DNA from: a virus
IMG/VR virus record: IMGVR_UViG_3300017593_000751
Location: 1-64,000 of that record
Strand: one strand, 5' to 3'
DNA: 64,000 bases
The notes beneath the pieces were generated by a model. The model saw only the letters and a program-made list of their open reading frames with translations, was not told the origin of the DNA and ran no database searches. This document shows positions 27,206-36,519 of this stretch, in pieces; position 1 is the stretch's first letter, and each line of letters begins with the position of its first letter. Made by a program: the position numbers and the translations under genes.

Positions 27206-28246
27206 ATGGACAGAAAGAAACTGATGAATGAGTTGGTCAAGGTCTATCCCGCCGTGGACGCTCGCGCTGTAACGGAGGAGATGAAGTGCTTCCGTTTTGC
27301 AGGCCGGCGGGTAGTGGCCAGCAACGGCAACGTGGCCGTATGGGCCGAGCTGCCGGAGGACACCGGCATTGACGGCCTGGTGCCTGCCGAGAAGTTCTTC
27401 CACCTGCTGTCCGACTTGCGGGAGGACGAGCTGGAGATTGAGCAGAAGGACAATGAGCTTCATATCACCTGCGGACGATGTAGGGCCAGATACAAGATTC
27501 GCCCCCATGAGGGCGGATTCCTGGACTCATTGAAGGTAGAGGTTCCCGACGATGCTTGGCGTCCTTGGCCTGAGAAGATGGACGAAGGCTTGAAACTCTG
27601 CCGGTTCGCGGCCTCCCGCGACGCCAGTCAGGGAGCCTTGTGTGGAGTCCATGTGGACGACGAGGGCCTAGTTGCCACCGACTCTTATCGTATCGTCGGG
27701 TATTCCGGCGCACGGCTGCCGGAAGGCTGGGAGCCTCTTACGCTGTCTCAAGACTTGCTGGACGTGCTGGCCAAGCAGGGCGAAGCGGTCGAATCCTGGG
27801 CCGTGGTGGACGGGACGGTGTATTTGAGCTTGGGGTCCACCAAAATCGGGGCCAGGCTGCTGGCCAGCGAGTTCCCTGCGGGGGCCAGGCAGTTCTTGGC
27901 CCAGGCGGCGGAGTTGCCCGAAGAGGTGGAGCTGCCTCAAGAGCTTATCGAGGCCGTCCGCCGGCATGGGGACCAGATGTCCGACGTGCCGGACCTGGAC
28001 CGCGAGATTACAGTGTTGCTGGGGGAAGGCAAGCTGACAATCTCCAGTTCCGATGGTGTGCTGTATGAGCTGTCGGAAGACCTGGACCTGCCCGACTCGG
28101 CCACCAAGGTATCGTTCAAGGTCAATCCCAGCTTCTTGGCCGATGTTCTGGGCCTGACGCGGAAAATGGCCTACGGGGCCGACAAGCGCATGGTGGCTTT
28201 CAAGGCAGAGGATTTTACTTATCTGACGGCGGTAGAGTGGGTATAG
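27206..28246 (+). CDS. dnaN: DNA sliding clamp (beta-clamp-like), replication module copy
   Basis: VASNG, LVPAEKF, LCGVHV, LVATDSYRI, VNPSFLADVL; precedes polymerase and clamp loader. Confidence 0.8.
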   Translation: MDRKKLMNELVKVYPAVDARAVTEEMKCFRFAGRRVVASNGNVAVWAELPEDTGIDGLVPAEKFFHLLSDLREDELEIEQKDNELHITCGRCRARYKIRPHEGGFLDSLKVEVPDDAWRPWPEKMDEGLKLCRFAASRDASQGALCGVHVDDEGLVATDSYRIVGYSGARLPEGWEPLTLSQDLLDVLAKQGEAVESWAVVDGTVYLSLGSTKIGARLLASEFPAGARQFLAQAAELPEEVELPQELIEAVRRHGDQMSDVPDLDREITVLLGEGKLTISSSDGVLYELSEDLDLPDSATKVSFKVNPSFLADVLGLTRKMAYGADKRMVAFKAEDFTYLTAVEWV

Positions 28247-30729
28247 AATTGGCACGGTCTTTTCACTTTGACGCGGGTGAAATCCTGGACCGTCCGGCGG
28301 CCCCCGTCCGTGACTGTACTTCCTGCGGGTTGTTCCGGCATTGCCGCAGCCCACGAATGCCCACCAGCGGCGAGGGTCGTTTGGGCATCTTCGTGGTGGC
28401 CGAAGCCCCCGGCGAGGTCGAGGACAAGCAGAACACTCAACTAGTCGGCCCCGCTGGCCAATTCCTGCGGGAACAAATGGAAGCCGTGGGGCTGGACCTG
28501 GACCGGGATTGTTGGCGGCAGAACGTGGTCCGTTGTCGCCCTCCGGGGAACCGTGAGCCTGCCAAAGAAGAGATAGAAGCCTGCCGCCGACTGTTGGAAG
28601 AGGACATCCGACAACGCAAGCCCGACCTTATCATTGCCTTCGGGACGGTGGCTATGGCTGGAGTGCTTTATGATGCTCCTTTCGTTCCGACAGCCGTAAA
28701 GATGCACGAGCGCATCCTGCCCAGTCCTTTGTGGGGCTGCTGGGTAGCTTGCGGCTACCATCCCTCTTGGTATCTCCACGAAGAAGGCAGACACGACCAT
28801 TTGATGCGGCGGTTTCTGGAGAAGGTTCTGAAATGGCTGGAGGACCACGAATATCAAGACCCGCGATTGGACGAGGACGATTTTCAGCTGGTGGAAGATT
28901 TGGAGCAGGTGCGGGAGGTATTGAGGCGGGCTTCAGAATCAAAAACGCCGGTGGCCGTGGACTTCGAGACCAACTGCCTCAGCCCGTGGCAGCAGGGGGC
29001 CAAGCTGTTGACGGTGGGCTTGACTGATTCCGAAGATACAGGTTGGTGTGTTCCCGTTGAACACATAGGCGCTCGTTGGTCCCCGAAAGAATTGGAAGAA
29101 GTCAAACGTCTGTTGGCCGAGTTTTTAGCCAGCCCCGCTCCCAAGGTCATTCAGAACTGGGCTTCAATGGAAGAACCTTGGAGCGTGGTTCATCTGGGCA
29201 CGTCCATAAACAACGTCATCGGCGATACGATGGTACGCGAGCACGTTCTGGACAATCGCCGGGGCGTCTGCGGCCAGGAGTTTCAAACCTATGTTCGTTA
29301 TGGCACGACTTACAAAAGCGAAGTGAACCGGGTGGACCTGGCCCGGACTCCCTTGGACTTGGTGGCCCGATACAACGTATTGGACTGCCGTTACATGTTG
29401 AGGTGGTACAAGGACCAAGAGCGCGAATTCGACGCCGACGAAACCGGCGACCTTCGCAGGGCGTGTAGCTTGTTTCATGAATCCCTGCCTGTTATGGCCC
29501 GGTGCAAGGTTCGAGGGATAAAGCTGGACCTTTCGGTATTGGACAGGTTGGAAAGGAAGGTCAAGGCCGAGCAGCAACGTGAGCAGAAGGCCATGAACGC
29601 GGCCTGTTTGAAAAGGTTCCGACAACGCTATGGCCGCCGCTGGAAGCCGGGGAGTAATCGTGATAAGCAGCTCTTGTTTTATGGTCTGCTCGGCCTGAAG
29701 CCCACAAGGCTGACCAATAAAGGCATCGATTGGACCAACCCGCTTCATTGTTCTACGGATGAAGAGTCCTTGCTCAACTTGTTGGAGCAAGTGGAGCCTG
29801 ACGGGCCGGAGGCGGCTTTGATTCGTTTGTGCCTGCGGGGTTCGGAGCTGACCAAGCTGGGCGGAGAGATAGCCAATCTGCGGCGCATGGCCGATGACAA
29901 TGGTTATGTTCATCCTTCTTTTCATTTACACGTCGCCGAGAGCTACCGGTCGTCCTCCAGCGACCCCAACTTCCAAAACATTCCGGTCAGAGACCCGGAA
30001 ATGGCCGAGGTGAGAAAAGCTTTCGTGCCGCGGCTGGACTGGTTGATGGAGTTGGACTTTTCCGGCAATGAGGTCCGGGCCATAGCCTGCGCCTCGCGGG
30101 ATGAAAGACTGATATACAACATCGCCCACGACGTGGACTATCACCGGCATTACGCGGCTTTGCTGTTCGCCAAACCGGAAGAGGAAATCACGAAACAGGA
30201 GCGTTATTTGGGCAAGAACCAGTTCGTGTTCCCTCAATTCTATGGTTCATACTGGAAGAGCATAGCCAACAAGAATCCGCAATGGCCCATTGAACGGGTA
30301 CGAAAGGTGGAGGAAAAGTTTTGGAGGGATTTGCCCGGCGTGCGGGAATGGCAGGAAAGGAAACAGGAGGAGTACCGCCGACTGGGCTATGTCCGACTGA
30401 TGACCGGGTTCCGCGTCCATTGGGGCAAGCACGGCCCGTTGACGCGGAACCAAATCTGCAATATTCCCATACAAGGCCCTGCCTTTCATCGTTTGTTGGC
30501 CGTTATGATAAAGGTGGAGGCGGAAATGAACCGCAGGGGATTGCGGAGCATGGTAATAGGACAGATTCACGACTCCATCGTTTCCGACATAGCAGACGAT
30601 GAATTGGAAGAGGTGATAGAATTGCAAAGGACCATAGCCACACAGCCGATTTGGGATTGGGATAAGGCCGTGCCTTGGGAGGTGGAGGTCAAAGTAGGGC
30701 CGAACCTGTTGGAGATGGAAGTGATATGA
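28237..30729 (+). CDS. polA: family-4 uracil-DNA glycosylase fused to family A DNA polymerase
   Basis: CTSCGL, AEAPG..ED, VRCRPPGNR.P, YHPS; exonuclease VDFET; motif A LDFSGNEVR, B RYLGKNQFVFPQFYG, C QIHDS. Confidence 0.95.
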   Translation: MGIELARSFHFDAGEILDRPAAPVRDCTSCGLFRHCRSPRMPTSGEGRLGIFVVAEAPGEVEDKQNTQLVGPAGQFLREQMEAVGLDLDRDCWRQNVVRCRPPGNREPAKEEIEACRRLLEEDIRQRKPDLIIAFGTVAMAGVLYDAPFVPTAVKMHERILPSPLWGCWVACGYHPSWYLHEEGRHDHLMRRFLEKVLKWLEDHEYQDPRLDEDDFQLVEDLEQVREVLRRASESKTPVAVDFETNCLSPWQQGAKLLTVGLTDSEDTGWCVPVEHIGARWSPKELEEVKRLLAEFLASPAPKVIQNWASMEEPWSVVHLGTSINNVIGDTMVREHVLDNRRGVCGQEFQTYVRYGTTYKSEVNRVDLARTPLDLVARYNVLDCRYMLRWYKDQEREFDADETGDLRRACSLFHESLPVMARCKVRGIKLDLSVLDRLERKVKAEQQREQKAMNAACLKRFRQRYGRRWKPGSNRDKQLLFYGLLGLKPTRLTNKGIDWTNPLHCSTDEESLLNLLEQVEPDGPEAALIRLCLRGSELTKLGGEIANLRRMADDNGYVHPSFHLHVAESYRSSSSDPNFQNIPVRDPEMAEVRKAFVPRLDWLMELDFSGNEVRAIACASRDERLIYNIAHDVDYHRHYAALLFAKPEEEITKQERYLGKNQFVFPQFYGSYWKSIANKNPQWPIERVRKVEEKFWRDLPGVREWQERKQEEYRRLGYVRLMTGFRVHWGKHGPLTRNQICNIPIQGPAFHRLLAVMIKVEAEMNRRGLRSMVIGQIHDSIVSDIADDELEEVIELQRTIATQPIWDWDKAVPWEVEVKVGPNLLEMEVI

Positions 30730-30769
30730 TTCCAAGTCGGACAAGGTTCGCTTTCTGAAAGGAGACATC

Positions 30770-31699
30770 ATGGGCTTATACCAACGTGTCAGACCTAAAA
30801 CCTTCGACGAAGTGTTCGGCAACGAGGCCGCTGTGGCGGCTCTTCGCCGAGCCGTTTCCAGCGAACGGCGAGCCCACGCCTATTTGCTGAGCGGGCCGAG
30901 CGGGTGCGGCAAGACCACCTTGGCCCGGATAGCAGCCCGCGAGTTCGGCTGCGCCGAGATGAACATCCACGAGATAAACGCGGCCAGTAGTCGTGGTATA
31001 GACATGGCCCGCGAGTTGGAGCGCCGCACTTTGTCCGCCCCTCTCGGCGGCGGGAACCGCGCAATCATCCTGGATGAGGCCCACAGCCTCACCCGCGATG
31101 CTTCAAACGCCTTGTTGAAGGTCTTAGAGGACATCCCGGACTGGTGCTATTACTTTCTTTGCACCACCGAACCAGCCAAGCTTCTGCCCACCATTCGCAC
31201 GCGGTGCGAACCTATTGAAGTTCGTCCTTTGTCGGAAGAACAGTTACTTGAGCTATTGGTTAGCGTGATTGAGCGAGGCGAAGCCTCCGACCCTGGGGAT
31301 GATGTGCTGGATGAAATAGCGACAAATGCCAATGGCTGTCCCCGACGGGCCTTGGTCTTGCTGGAGCAGGTGGACGGGCTGCCGGAGGACCAGGCTTTGA
31401 AGCTGGTTCGGAGCTACGAAGCTTCGGAGCGCGAGGTGATAGACTTGTGCCGGGCCGTTTTGAAAGGCCAATGGCAAGAGGCGGTCAAGGTGTTCAAGGG
31501 CCTGCCCGATAGAGACCCGGAAAAGATACGCCGAGCTATATTGGGCTATCTTCGGGGGGCTTTGCTCAAGGCCCGCAAAACAGCTGATGCTATCCTGTTG
31601 GTGGAAAAGATAGAAGAATTGACTGAACCGACCTACGACAGCGGGGAGGCCGGATTGTTAGCTATGATTTTTCGAGCTTGTCGGGTGGAAACGGCTTGA
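30770..31699 (+). CDS. dnaX: clamp loader, DNA Pol III gamma/tau-like
   Basis: LYQRVRPKTFDEV.G, GPSGCGKTT, ILDEAH, NALLKVLED, TIRTRC. Confidence 0.95.
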   Translation: MGLYQRVRPKTFDEVFGNEAAVAALRRAVSSERRAHAYLLSGPSGCGKTTLARIAAREFGCAEMNIHEINAASSRGIDMARELERRTLSAPLGGGNRAIILDEAHSLTRDASNALLKVLEDIPDWCYYFLCTTEPAKLLPTIRTRCEPIEVRPLSEEQLLELLVSVIERGEASDPGDDVLDEIATNANGCPRRALVLLEQVDGLPEDQALKLVRSYEASEREVIDLCRAVLKGQWQEAVKVFKGLPDRDPEKIRRAILGYLRGALLKARKTADAILLVEKIEELTEPTYDSGEAGLLAMIFRACRVETA

Positions 31700-31744
31700 A
31701 ACGATATAATAAGGTGAGGACAGAGACCACGATTCCGAAAGGAG

Positions 31745-32911
31745 ATGAACATGAGCAGGAGAGCGCGAGATAGACGCGACAGGCGACAGGCCCGCAGGGA
31801 AGCCTACGAGCGGGACAAGGCTCAGGCCAAGGCCGAGGGTTCGTTGGGCCGGAAAAGCCCGCTGAAACCCGAGGCCGAGCTGGAAGAGTTGGGGGTGAAG
31901 CAGTTCCGGCCCGTGTTGGGCAAGAACGAATCGGAGCACACCTTTGCCGTCCGTTTGCTGCCCTTCCATCAAGACGACCCGGACCGGCTGGGCTTCCCTC
32001 TCTATATCCACTACGGAGTGGGGCCGGAAGGCGATGCTTTTCTGTGTCCTGTGATGCAAAGCGAGGTGTTCCGCGAGTTCGGGATGGAGGTGCCCGAAGT
32101 CTGGCGGGATGCGCGGTGTCCCGTGTGCGAAGAGTACGAGCGCGAGCTGGAGCGATACAAGAAGGTCCGCGATGAGCTGGGCGAGGAGGACCGAAAGAAG
32201 GCTTATGCCAAGGTGTCTCGCTATGCCCCTTACACTGGCGGGTTCACGGCCAAGAAGCCCAAGTCGATGCTGGTGTTCCTGGTGGACGCCAGCAGCCCGG
32301 AGGCCGAGGCCGAGGGAGTTCAGGTATATCTAATGCCCTATTGGTCCGTTTATGTCCAAGGTGTTTTGGAGCAAGGCGAGGACCCCGACACCGGCGAGTT
32401 TGTGGACCTTCAAGACCCGGAAGAAGAGATGGTCTTCTTCTTCAAGCGAATCGGCACGGGGCAGACGGACACCAAATACTTCGGGTATCGCACCAAGCGA
32501 AAGCCTTGGCGAGTGGAGGATTGGGAAGACATCGTGGACTCCGTGCCCCGCGTAATGGACGTGCTGCATTTTGCCAGCTACGACGAAATCATGGAGGCCA
32601 TGTCCGGGGTGCCCGTTGAGGAGTCGGACGGGGGGAACGAAGTTAATGGGGAGGACGTAGAAGAAGGCCCCGTTGAGGATGAACCCTCTTATCGGGCTGA
32701 ACGGCGGTCTGGGGGACGGCGAAGGCCCCGGTCTGCCGAAGATGATGAGAAAGAGCTAGAAGAGGAGCCGCCCAAACCGCCCCGGCGGGATAAGGACGAC
32801 GACGAAACCGAGTTGGCCAAACGGGTAGAACGGCTGCGCCGGAAGCGGGAAGAGCTTCGCCGACAGGCCCGCCGGCGGGCGGAAGAAGACGACCCGGACG
32901 TGCCCTTCTGA
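31745..32911 (+). CDS. single-stranded DNA-binding protein (gp32-like)
   Basis: VRLLP..HYGVG..FLCP..CPVCE..KRIGTG..DTKY; acidic tail ending DVPF. Confidence 0.75.
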   Translation: MNMSRRARDRRDRRQARREAYERDKAQAKAEGSLGRKSPLKPEAELEELGVKQFRPVLGKNESEHTFAVRLLPFHQDDPDRLGFPLYIHYGVGPEGDAFLCPVMQSEVFREFGMEVPEVWRDARCPVCEEYERELERYKKVRDELGEEDRKKAYAKVSRYAPYTGGFTAKKPKSMLVFLVDASSPEAEAEGVQVYLMPYWSVYVQGVLEQGEDPDTGEFVDLQDPEEEMVFFFKRIGTGQTDTKYFGYRTKRKPWRVEDWEDIVDSVPRVMDVLHFASYDEIMEAMSGVPVEESDGGNEVNGEDVEEGPVEDEPSYRAERRSGGRRRPRSAEDDEKELEEEPPKPPRRDKDDDETELAKRVERLRRKREELRRQARRRAEEDDPDVPF

Positions 32912-32972
32912 TGCTAAGCCCACTATGTCACGGCGGGCTGGCGTTGGCGTTTGCAAGGAAGAGGAATAGGCT

Positions 32973-33527
32973 ATGACCCCCGAACAAGAGTTGGAGTATA
33001 ATCAGCTTCAGTCTTGCCTCCATATCAATCTTCACGGCCTTCACGAAGACGCCCAAGGCCAGCCGGAGTTGGCTTTCCGGGCTGGCGAATTGGCCGCCGA
33101 GTTGAAGGCCGCGGCCAAACGCGCCAAGTTGAACTATGAAGAGGTGGCGGCTAGCGTGGAGATGGAGGTAAGGAGCGGCCCTGAGGATTTCGGGCTGAAG
33201 AAGGTTACGGAGTCCACTATCGCCTCTGTGGTCACGAAGCATCCCGACGTTTTATCGGCCCGCAAGGCCCAGATAGAAGCGGAACGGGACGCGGACTTGG
33301 CCGCGGCCCTGGCCAATGCCTTTGAGCATCGCCGCTCCATGCTCAAGTCGGAGGTGGAGTTGTATGTAAACAACTATTGGGGCGATGTAGAAGTGAAAGA
33401 ACGAGACATGCGAAGGAACGAAACGGCTTCGCGGGTAAAGGCAGCTGAAGATAAAGAGGCCGAAATTGAAGCCAAGCGGCGGGAACGGCGGGGAGTGAAA
33501 CGGAGGCGGAAGGGGGTGACTGAATGA
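32973..33527 (+). CDS. UvsY-like recombination mediator
   Basis: Helical, KVTESTI...AFEHRRSML; between SSB and RecA. Confidence 0.6.
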   Translation: MTPEQELEYNQLQSCLHINLHGLHEDAQGQPELAFRAGELAAELKAAAKRAKLNYEEVAASVEMEVRSGPEDFGLKKVTESTIASVVTKHPDVLSARKAQIEAERDADLAAALANAFEHRRSMLKSEVELYVNNYWGDVEVKERDMRRNETASRVKAAEDKEAEIEAKRRERRGVKRRRKGVTE

Positions 33528-34699
33528 AAAGACGAAGGTCGGCAAAACAGGCAAGGGGAACGGCGGAGAGCCTTCATCGCCAGGACTTGCCGCCCTGCCG
33601 GTATTTTCTGAGCACAGGCTCAACTCTGCTGGACTTGGCCATTTCCGACCGCTACCCCGGCGGTGTAGGCTCCGGCCGGACCACGCAGATTATCGGCGAC
33701 CACTCCACCGCCAAGACCGTCATCGTCAAGGAGATTTTAGGGGCTGCCCAACGGCTGGGCGGCTACGCGGTGGAAGAGGACGCGGAATACACGCCGGACT
33801 TTCTGCGGGCGGAACTGTTCGGCCTCCACGTGGGCAAATGGGCGGATGAGGCCGTACAGGCCGAGGCCCGCAACATGCCCATATATGAGGCTGTTCGCAT
33901 CGAGAAGGACTATTGCTACCGCAACCCCGAAAGCATAGAGGCCGTATTCGACGAAGAGATTGGCCCACTTTGTCAACTGGTGGAGGGGCGATTGGGCGAG
34001 GGGGCGAAGGCCAAGCAGGTTGAGCCTTTGCCCAAGCCCTTGGCTATCGGCGTGGACACCTTCACGGCCCTGCCCAGCAGGACAGAGAAGGGCGAAGCCT
34101 TGGACGAAAGGAGCTATCGGGCGGAGAGGGCCAAGCGCATGAGTGCTGGCTTCCGCAAGTGGCTGGCCCCTATGGCCCGGAACGATGTGGCCTTGATAGC
34201 CGTGGACCACATCAGAGACAATATCGGCGTCATGTTCGGCCCGAAATGGACCACCAGCGGCGGCAAGGCCCTTCAGCAATACGCCAGCACGCGCATCTTT
34301 CTCGCGCAGGCCGGCGATTTGAAGAACCGGGCAGGTAGGACAGTAGGGGTGAAAATCAAGGCCAAGGTGGTCAAAAACAAGATAGCGCCGCCGGGACGGG
34401 AGACCTTCTTTTATGTACTGTTTGATTATGGAATAGACGACATCCGGGGCAACTTGGAATGGCTGGCCGAGCAGGCCCAGGCCGGAATTGAAACAGCGCT
34501 GGGGAAGTCGGGGGCCTGGTGGTCCTGGCGAGGCGAAAAGCTGGGCCAAGGAATAGAGGGGGCCATCGAGGCCGTGGAGAGGGCCGGATTGGAAAAGGAG
34601 CTGGAGGCCGAGGTGGCGCGGGTCTGGCAAGTGGTCTATGAAGGCCCGGGGAGGGCGAGGAAAAGACGGCATGGCCAAGAGGCGCAAGAAGAAGTCTAA
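33524..34699 (+). CDS. recA: RecA/UvsX-like recombinase
   Basis: STGSTLLDLAI, GDHSTAKT, DAE, TTSGGKALQQYASTRI, VVKNKIAPP. Confidence 0.9.
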   Translation: MKRRRSAKQARGTAESLHRQDLPPCRYFLSTGSTLLDLAISDRYPGGVGSGRTTQIIGDHSTAKTVIVKEILGAAQRLGGYAVEEDAEYTPDFLRAELFGLHVGKWADEAVQAEARNMPIYEAVRIEKDYCYRNPESIEAVFDEEIGPLCQLVEGRLGEGAKAKQVEPLPKPLAIGVDTFTALPSRTEKGEALDERSYRAERAKRMSAGFRKWLAPMARNDVALIAVDHIRDNIGVMFGPKWTTSGGKALQQYASTRIFLAQAGDLKNRAGRTVGVKIKAKVVKNKIAPPGRETFFYVLFDYGIDDIRGNLEWLAEQAQAGIETALGKSGAWWSWRGEKLGQGIEGAIEAVERAGLEKELEAEVARVWQVVYEGPGRARKRRHGQEAQEEV

Positions 34700-35084
34700 G
34701 CTTCAAAGGGCCAAGGAAAATCCTGCCTCTAGATACTGGCGGAACAAGGCGGATGAGGCTTGGAGAAAGGCGGTCTTGACAAGGGATGGTTATCGTTGCG
34801 TTGTTTGCGGGACAGACCGCAATCTTCAGGTCCATCATCTGTTTAGTAGAGGCCGGGCGGATACACGGCACGAAGTTTCAAACGGGATAACGTTGTGCTC
34901 AGCGCATCATAAGTGGAGTCGGGAGATTAGCCCTCATAAGGGACCGGTGGCTTTCTTTCTGTGGCTCCAGAAGAACCGTCCTGACCAATGGGAATGGCTG
35001 AAAAAACATGTAGCTGAACCTGAAAATTACAAGCCTGATTTTCGGGAGACATATAATAGACTGAGGGCAAACGAAGATGGGTAG
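34671..35084 (+). CDS. HNH endonuclease (NinG-like)
   Basis: RDGYRCVVCG..LQVHHL..NGITLCSAHH. Confidence 0.85.
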   Translation: MAKRRKKKSKLQRAKENPASRYWRNKADEAWRKAVLTRDGYRCVVCGTDRNLQVHHLFSRGRADTRHEVSNGITLCSAHHKWSREISPHKGPVAFFLWLQKNRPDQWEWLKKHVAEPENYKPDFRETYNRLRANEDG

Positions 35085-35242
35085 TGGGTCAAGAATGAAA
35101 TCACCTCGTTTTTCGTGGGCCACCCGGAGCGTTGCCCCTCCCATCTTAGTAGAAACAAGCGGGTTTGTGGGCCAGGGTCAGAATCGCCCCGTCTTTTGTG
35201 GGTCATAAAGAGCATCGCCCCAATCCGAGGAATAATAGTTTC

Positions 35243-35335
35243 GGTCAGGTAAGGCATGGTCAGGTGAGGTTGGGCGGGGTATGGTGAGGCAAGGTCGGGT
35301 CCGGTGTGGTGTGGTAAGGTGAGGTAAGGTTTGGC
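35243..35335 (+). repeat. GGY-NN pentamer array (19 GGY units), candidate guide-like ncRNA
   Basis: GG at every 5th position, always followed by a pyrimidine, with variable NN. Confidence 0.9.
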
Positions 35336-35336
35336 G

Positions 35337-35486
35337 ATGAAAGAAGCTATCCTGAAAAGGCAAGGTTGGACCGTCATCAGACTGCATTGGCGAGACATAG
35401 AACAAGATGTTCAAGCTTGTGTAGATAAGATTTTGGCGGCAATTCCAGCGAAGTCTGCGTATAATAGACTGGTCGGCAAAGATTGA
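35337..35486 (+). pseudogene. C-terminal remnant of DUF559/Vsr-like endonuclease
   Basis: LKRQGWTVIRLHWRDIEQDVQACVDKIL; catalytic N-terminal part absent. Confidence 0.6.
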
Positions 35487-35497
35487 AAACCAAAGAT

Positions 35498-35637
35498 TGC
35501 CCGCCTGAGGCGCGGGGAGCGCCTCGTTGGCAGCCTGTGCTGGCTCAATATTGGCCGGTCCCAATCGGAGAGGGTAGGCGGCGACGCGACGCCGAACGGC
35601 GGCGGCAGCCCGGCTGGGGAAACCGGGCAGGCGGGCA
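35498..35637 (+). ncRNA. structured element A (multibranch, CUGGGGAAA loop)
   Basis: 10-bp closing stem TGCCCGCCTG/CAGGCGGGCA; 6-bp stem with 5-nt loop; CCCGG-CTGGGGAAA-CCGGG. Confidence 0.65.
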
Positions 35638-35657
35638 TGACATTGACAACCGAAGAT

Positions 35658-35805
35658 TGCCCGTCCGGGGCACGGCAGGTGCCCGGTGGCGCTGCCCGAG
35701 GCCACAGAGGCCCGAACTGCCTGCCGCGAGAGTGAAGCAATGCTGCCCGCTCGAGCGCGGCATTGCGGGCAGGGGACTCGGCTGGGGAAACCGAGCGGAT
35801 GGACA
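35658..35805 (+). ncRNA. structured element B (paralogue of A)
   Basis: TGCCCGTCCG/CGGATGGACA; GGGCAC/GTGCCC; CTCGG-CTGGGGAAA-CCGAG; same ATTGAMAACCRAAGAT leader as A. Confidence 0.65.
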
Positions 35806-35826
35806 CAAGATAAGAGGAGACAGACA

Positions 35827-36078
35827 ATGGCGAAGGCCAAAACTGACCTTGAGGCGGTTCGGATTTTGTTGGCACAATGCCTTGAATGGGAATTGTACCG
35901 GCACAAAAGCAAGGGATATGCGTGCGGCATCAAACACAAAGGTGAATGGCTTTATGCTTGCGGTCGTCAATTGAGGTTTGCAATCGCCGCCGCTTTGGAC
36001 GCGGCGGGGCTGAATCCGGGCGGGCAAGCGAAGGAGAGGATGAATGGCAACGGAGAAATCATTAGTAGAAAAGCTTAA
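35827..36078 (+). CDS. small alpha-beta3-alpha protein
   Basis: LLAQCLEWELYRHKSKGYACGI...YACGRQLRFAIAAAL; GAGGAG RBS. Confidence 0.65.
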   Translation: MAKAKTDLEAVRILLAQCLEWELYRHKSKGYACGIKHKGEWLYACGRQLRFAIAAALDAAGLNPGGQAKERMNGNGEIISRKA

Positions 36079-36316
36079 GGTCATCTCTAAAGACTACGAC
36101 CGGCTTAGAGAAGTCCTGACCGCTCGCGTCGATGGTATGAACGAAAAGAACACTATTGGTCGGTTTGAAGATTCGGGTGTGTTGAGGATTGAAACCATTA
36201 TTTCGGGCGCCACTGTGTATCTCTCTGAGACCGGTCAAGCCCAGCTTGTCCGCTTCATCTGCCGTGCGCGGGGCTGGCAAGTTCCGCCGGAAATTGTGGA
36301 GGAGGAGGAGAAATGA
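36044..36316 (+). CDS. hypothetical protein
   Basis: RBS; operon context. Confidence 0.5.
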   Translation: MATEKSLVEKLKVISKDYDRLREVLTARVDGMNEKNTIGRFEDSGVLRIETIISGATVYLSETGQAQLVRFICRARGWQVPPEIVEEEEK

Positions 36317-36519
36317 CTTGGTTCATCCTCGCTGCCTTGGTGTACCTCGTCGGCTTCGTCGTGGCCTTCGTCCTGACCGTCGGAGAGGACTTCGGATGGA
36401 AGGATGCCGCCCTGTTCGCGTTGTGGTGGCCGATAGTGGCAGCGGTCTTGATTGTGTTGTTCGTAGATGAAACCATAAGACAAGTATGCAGCAAACGGCG
36501 GAAGGAGAACAACCGATGA
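36313..36519 (+). CDS. small two-TM membrane protein
   Basis: Hydrophobic, ALWWP motif; ATGA-coupled. Confidence 0.6.
   Translation: MTWFILAALVYLVGFVVAFVLTVGEDFGWKDAALFALWWPIVAAVLIVLFVDETIRQVCSKRRKENNR

Noticed and set aside
35614-35790. Hammerhead ribozyme reading of the CTG...GAAA loops
   Set aside because: The core CUGAnGA is absent and the bases lie in a single hairpin loop.
35027-36084. Long overlapping ORFs at 35027, 35178, 35411, 35483 and 35545
   Set aside because: Low-complexity Pro/Arg/Gly translations of GC-rich stems and the pentamer array; no convincing RBS or domain.
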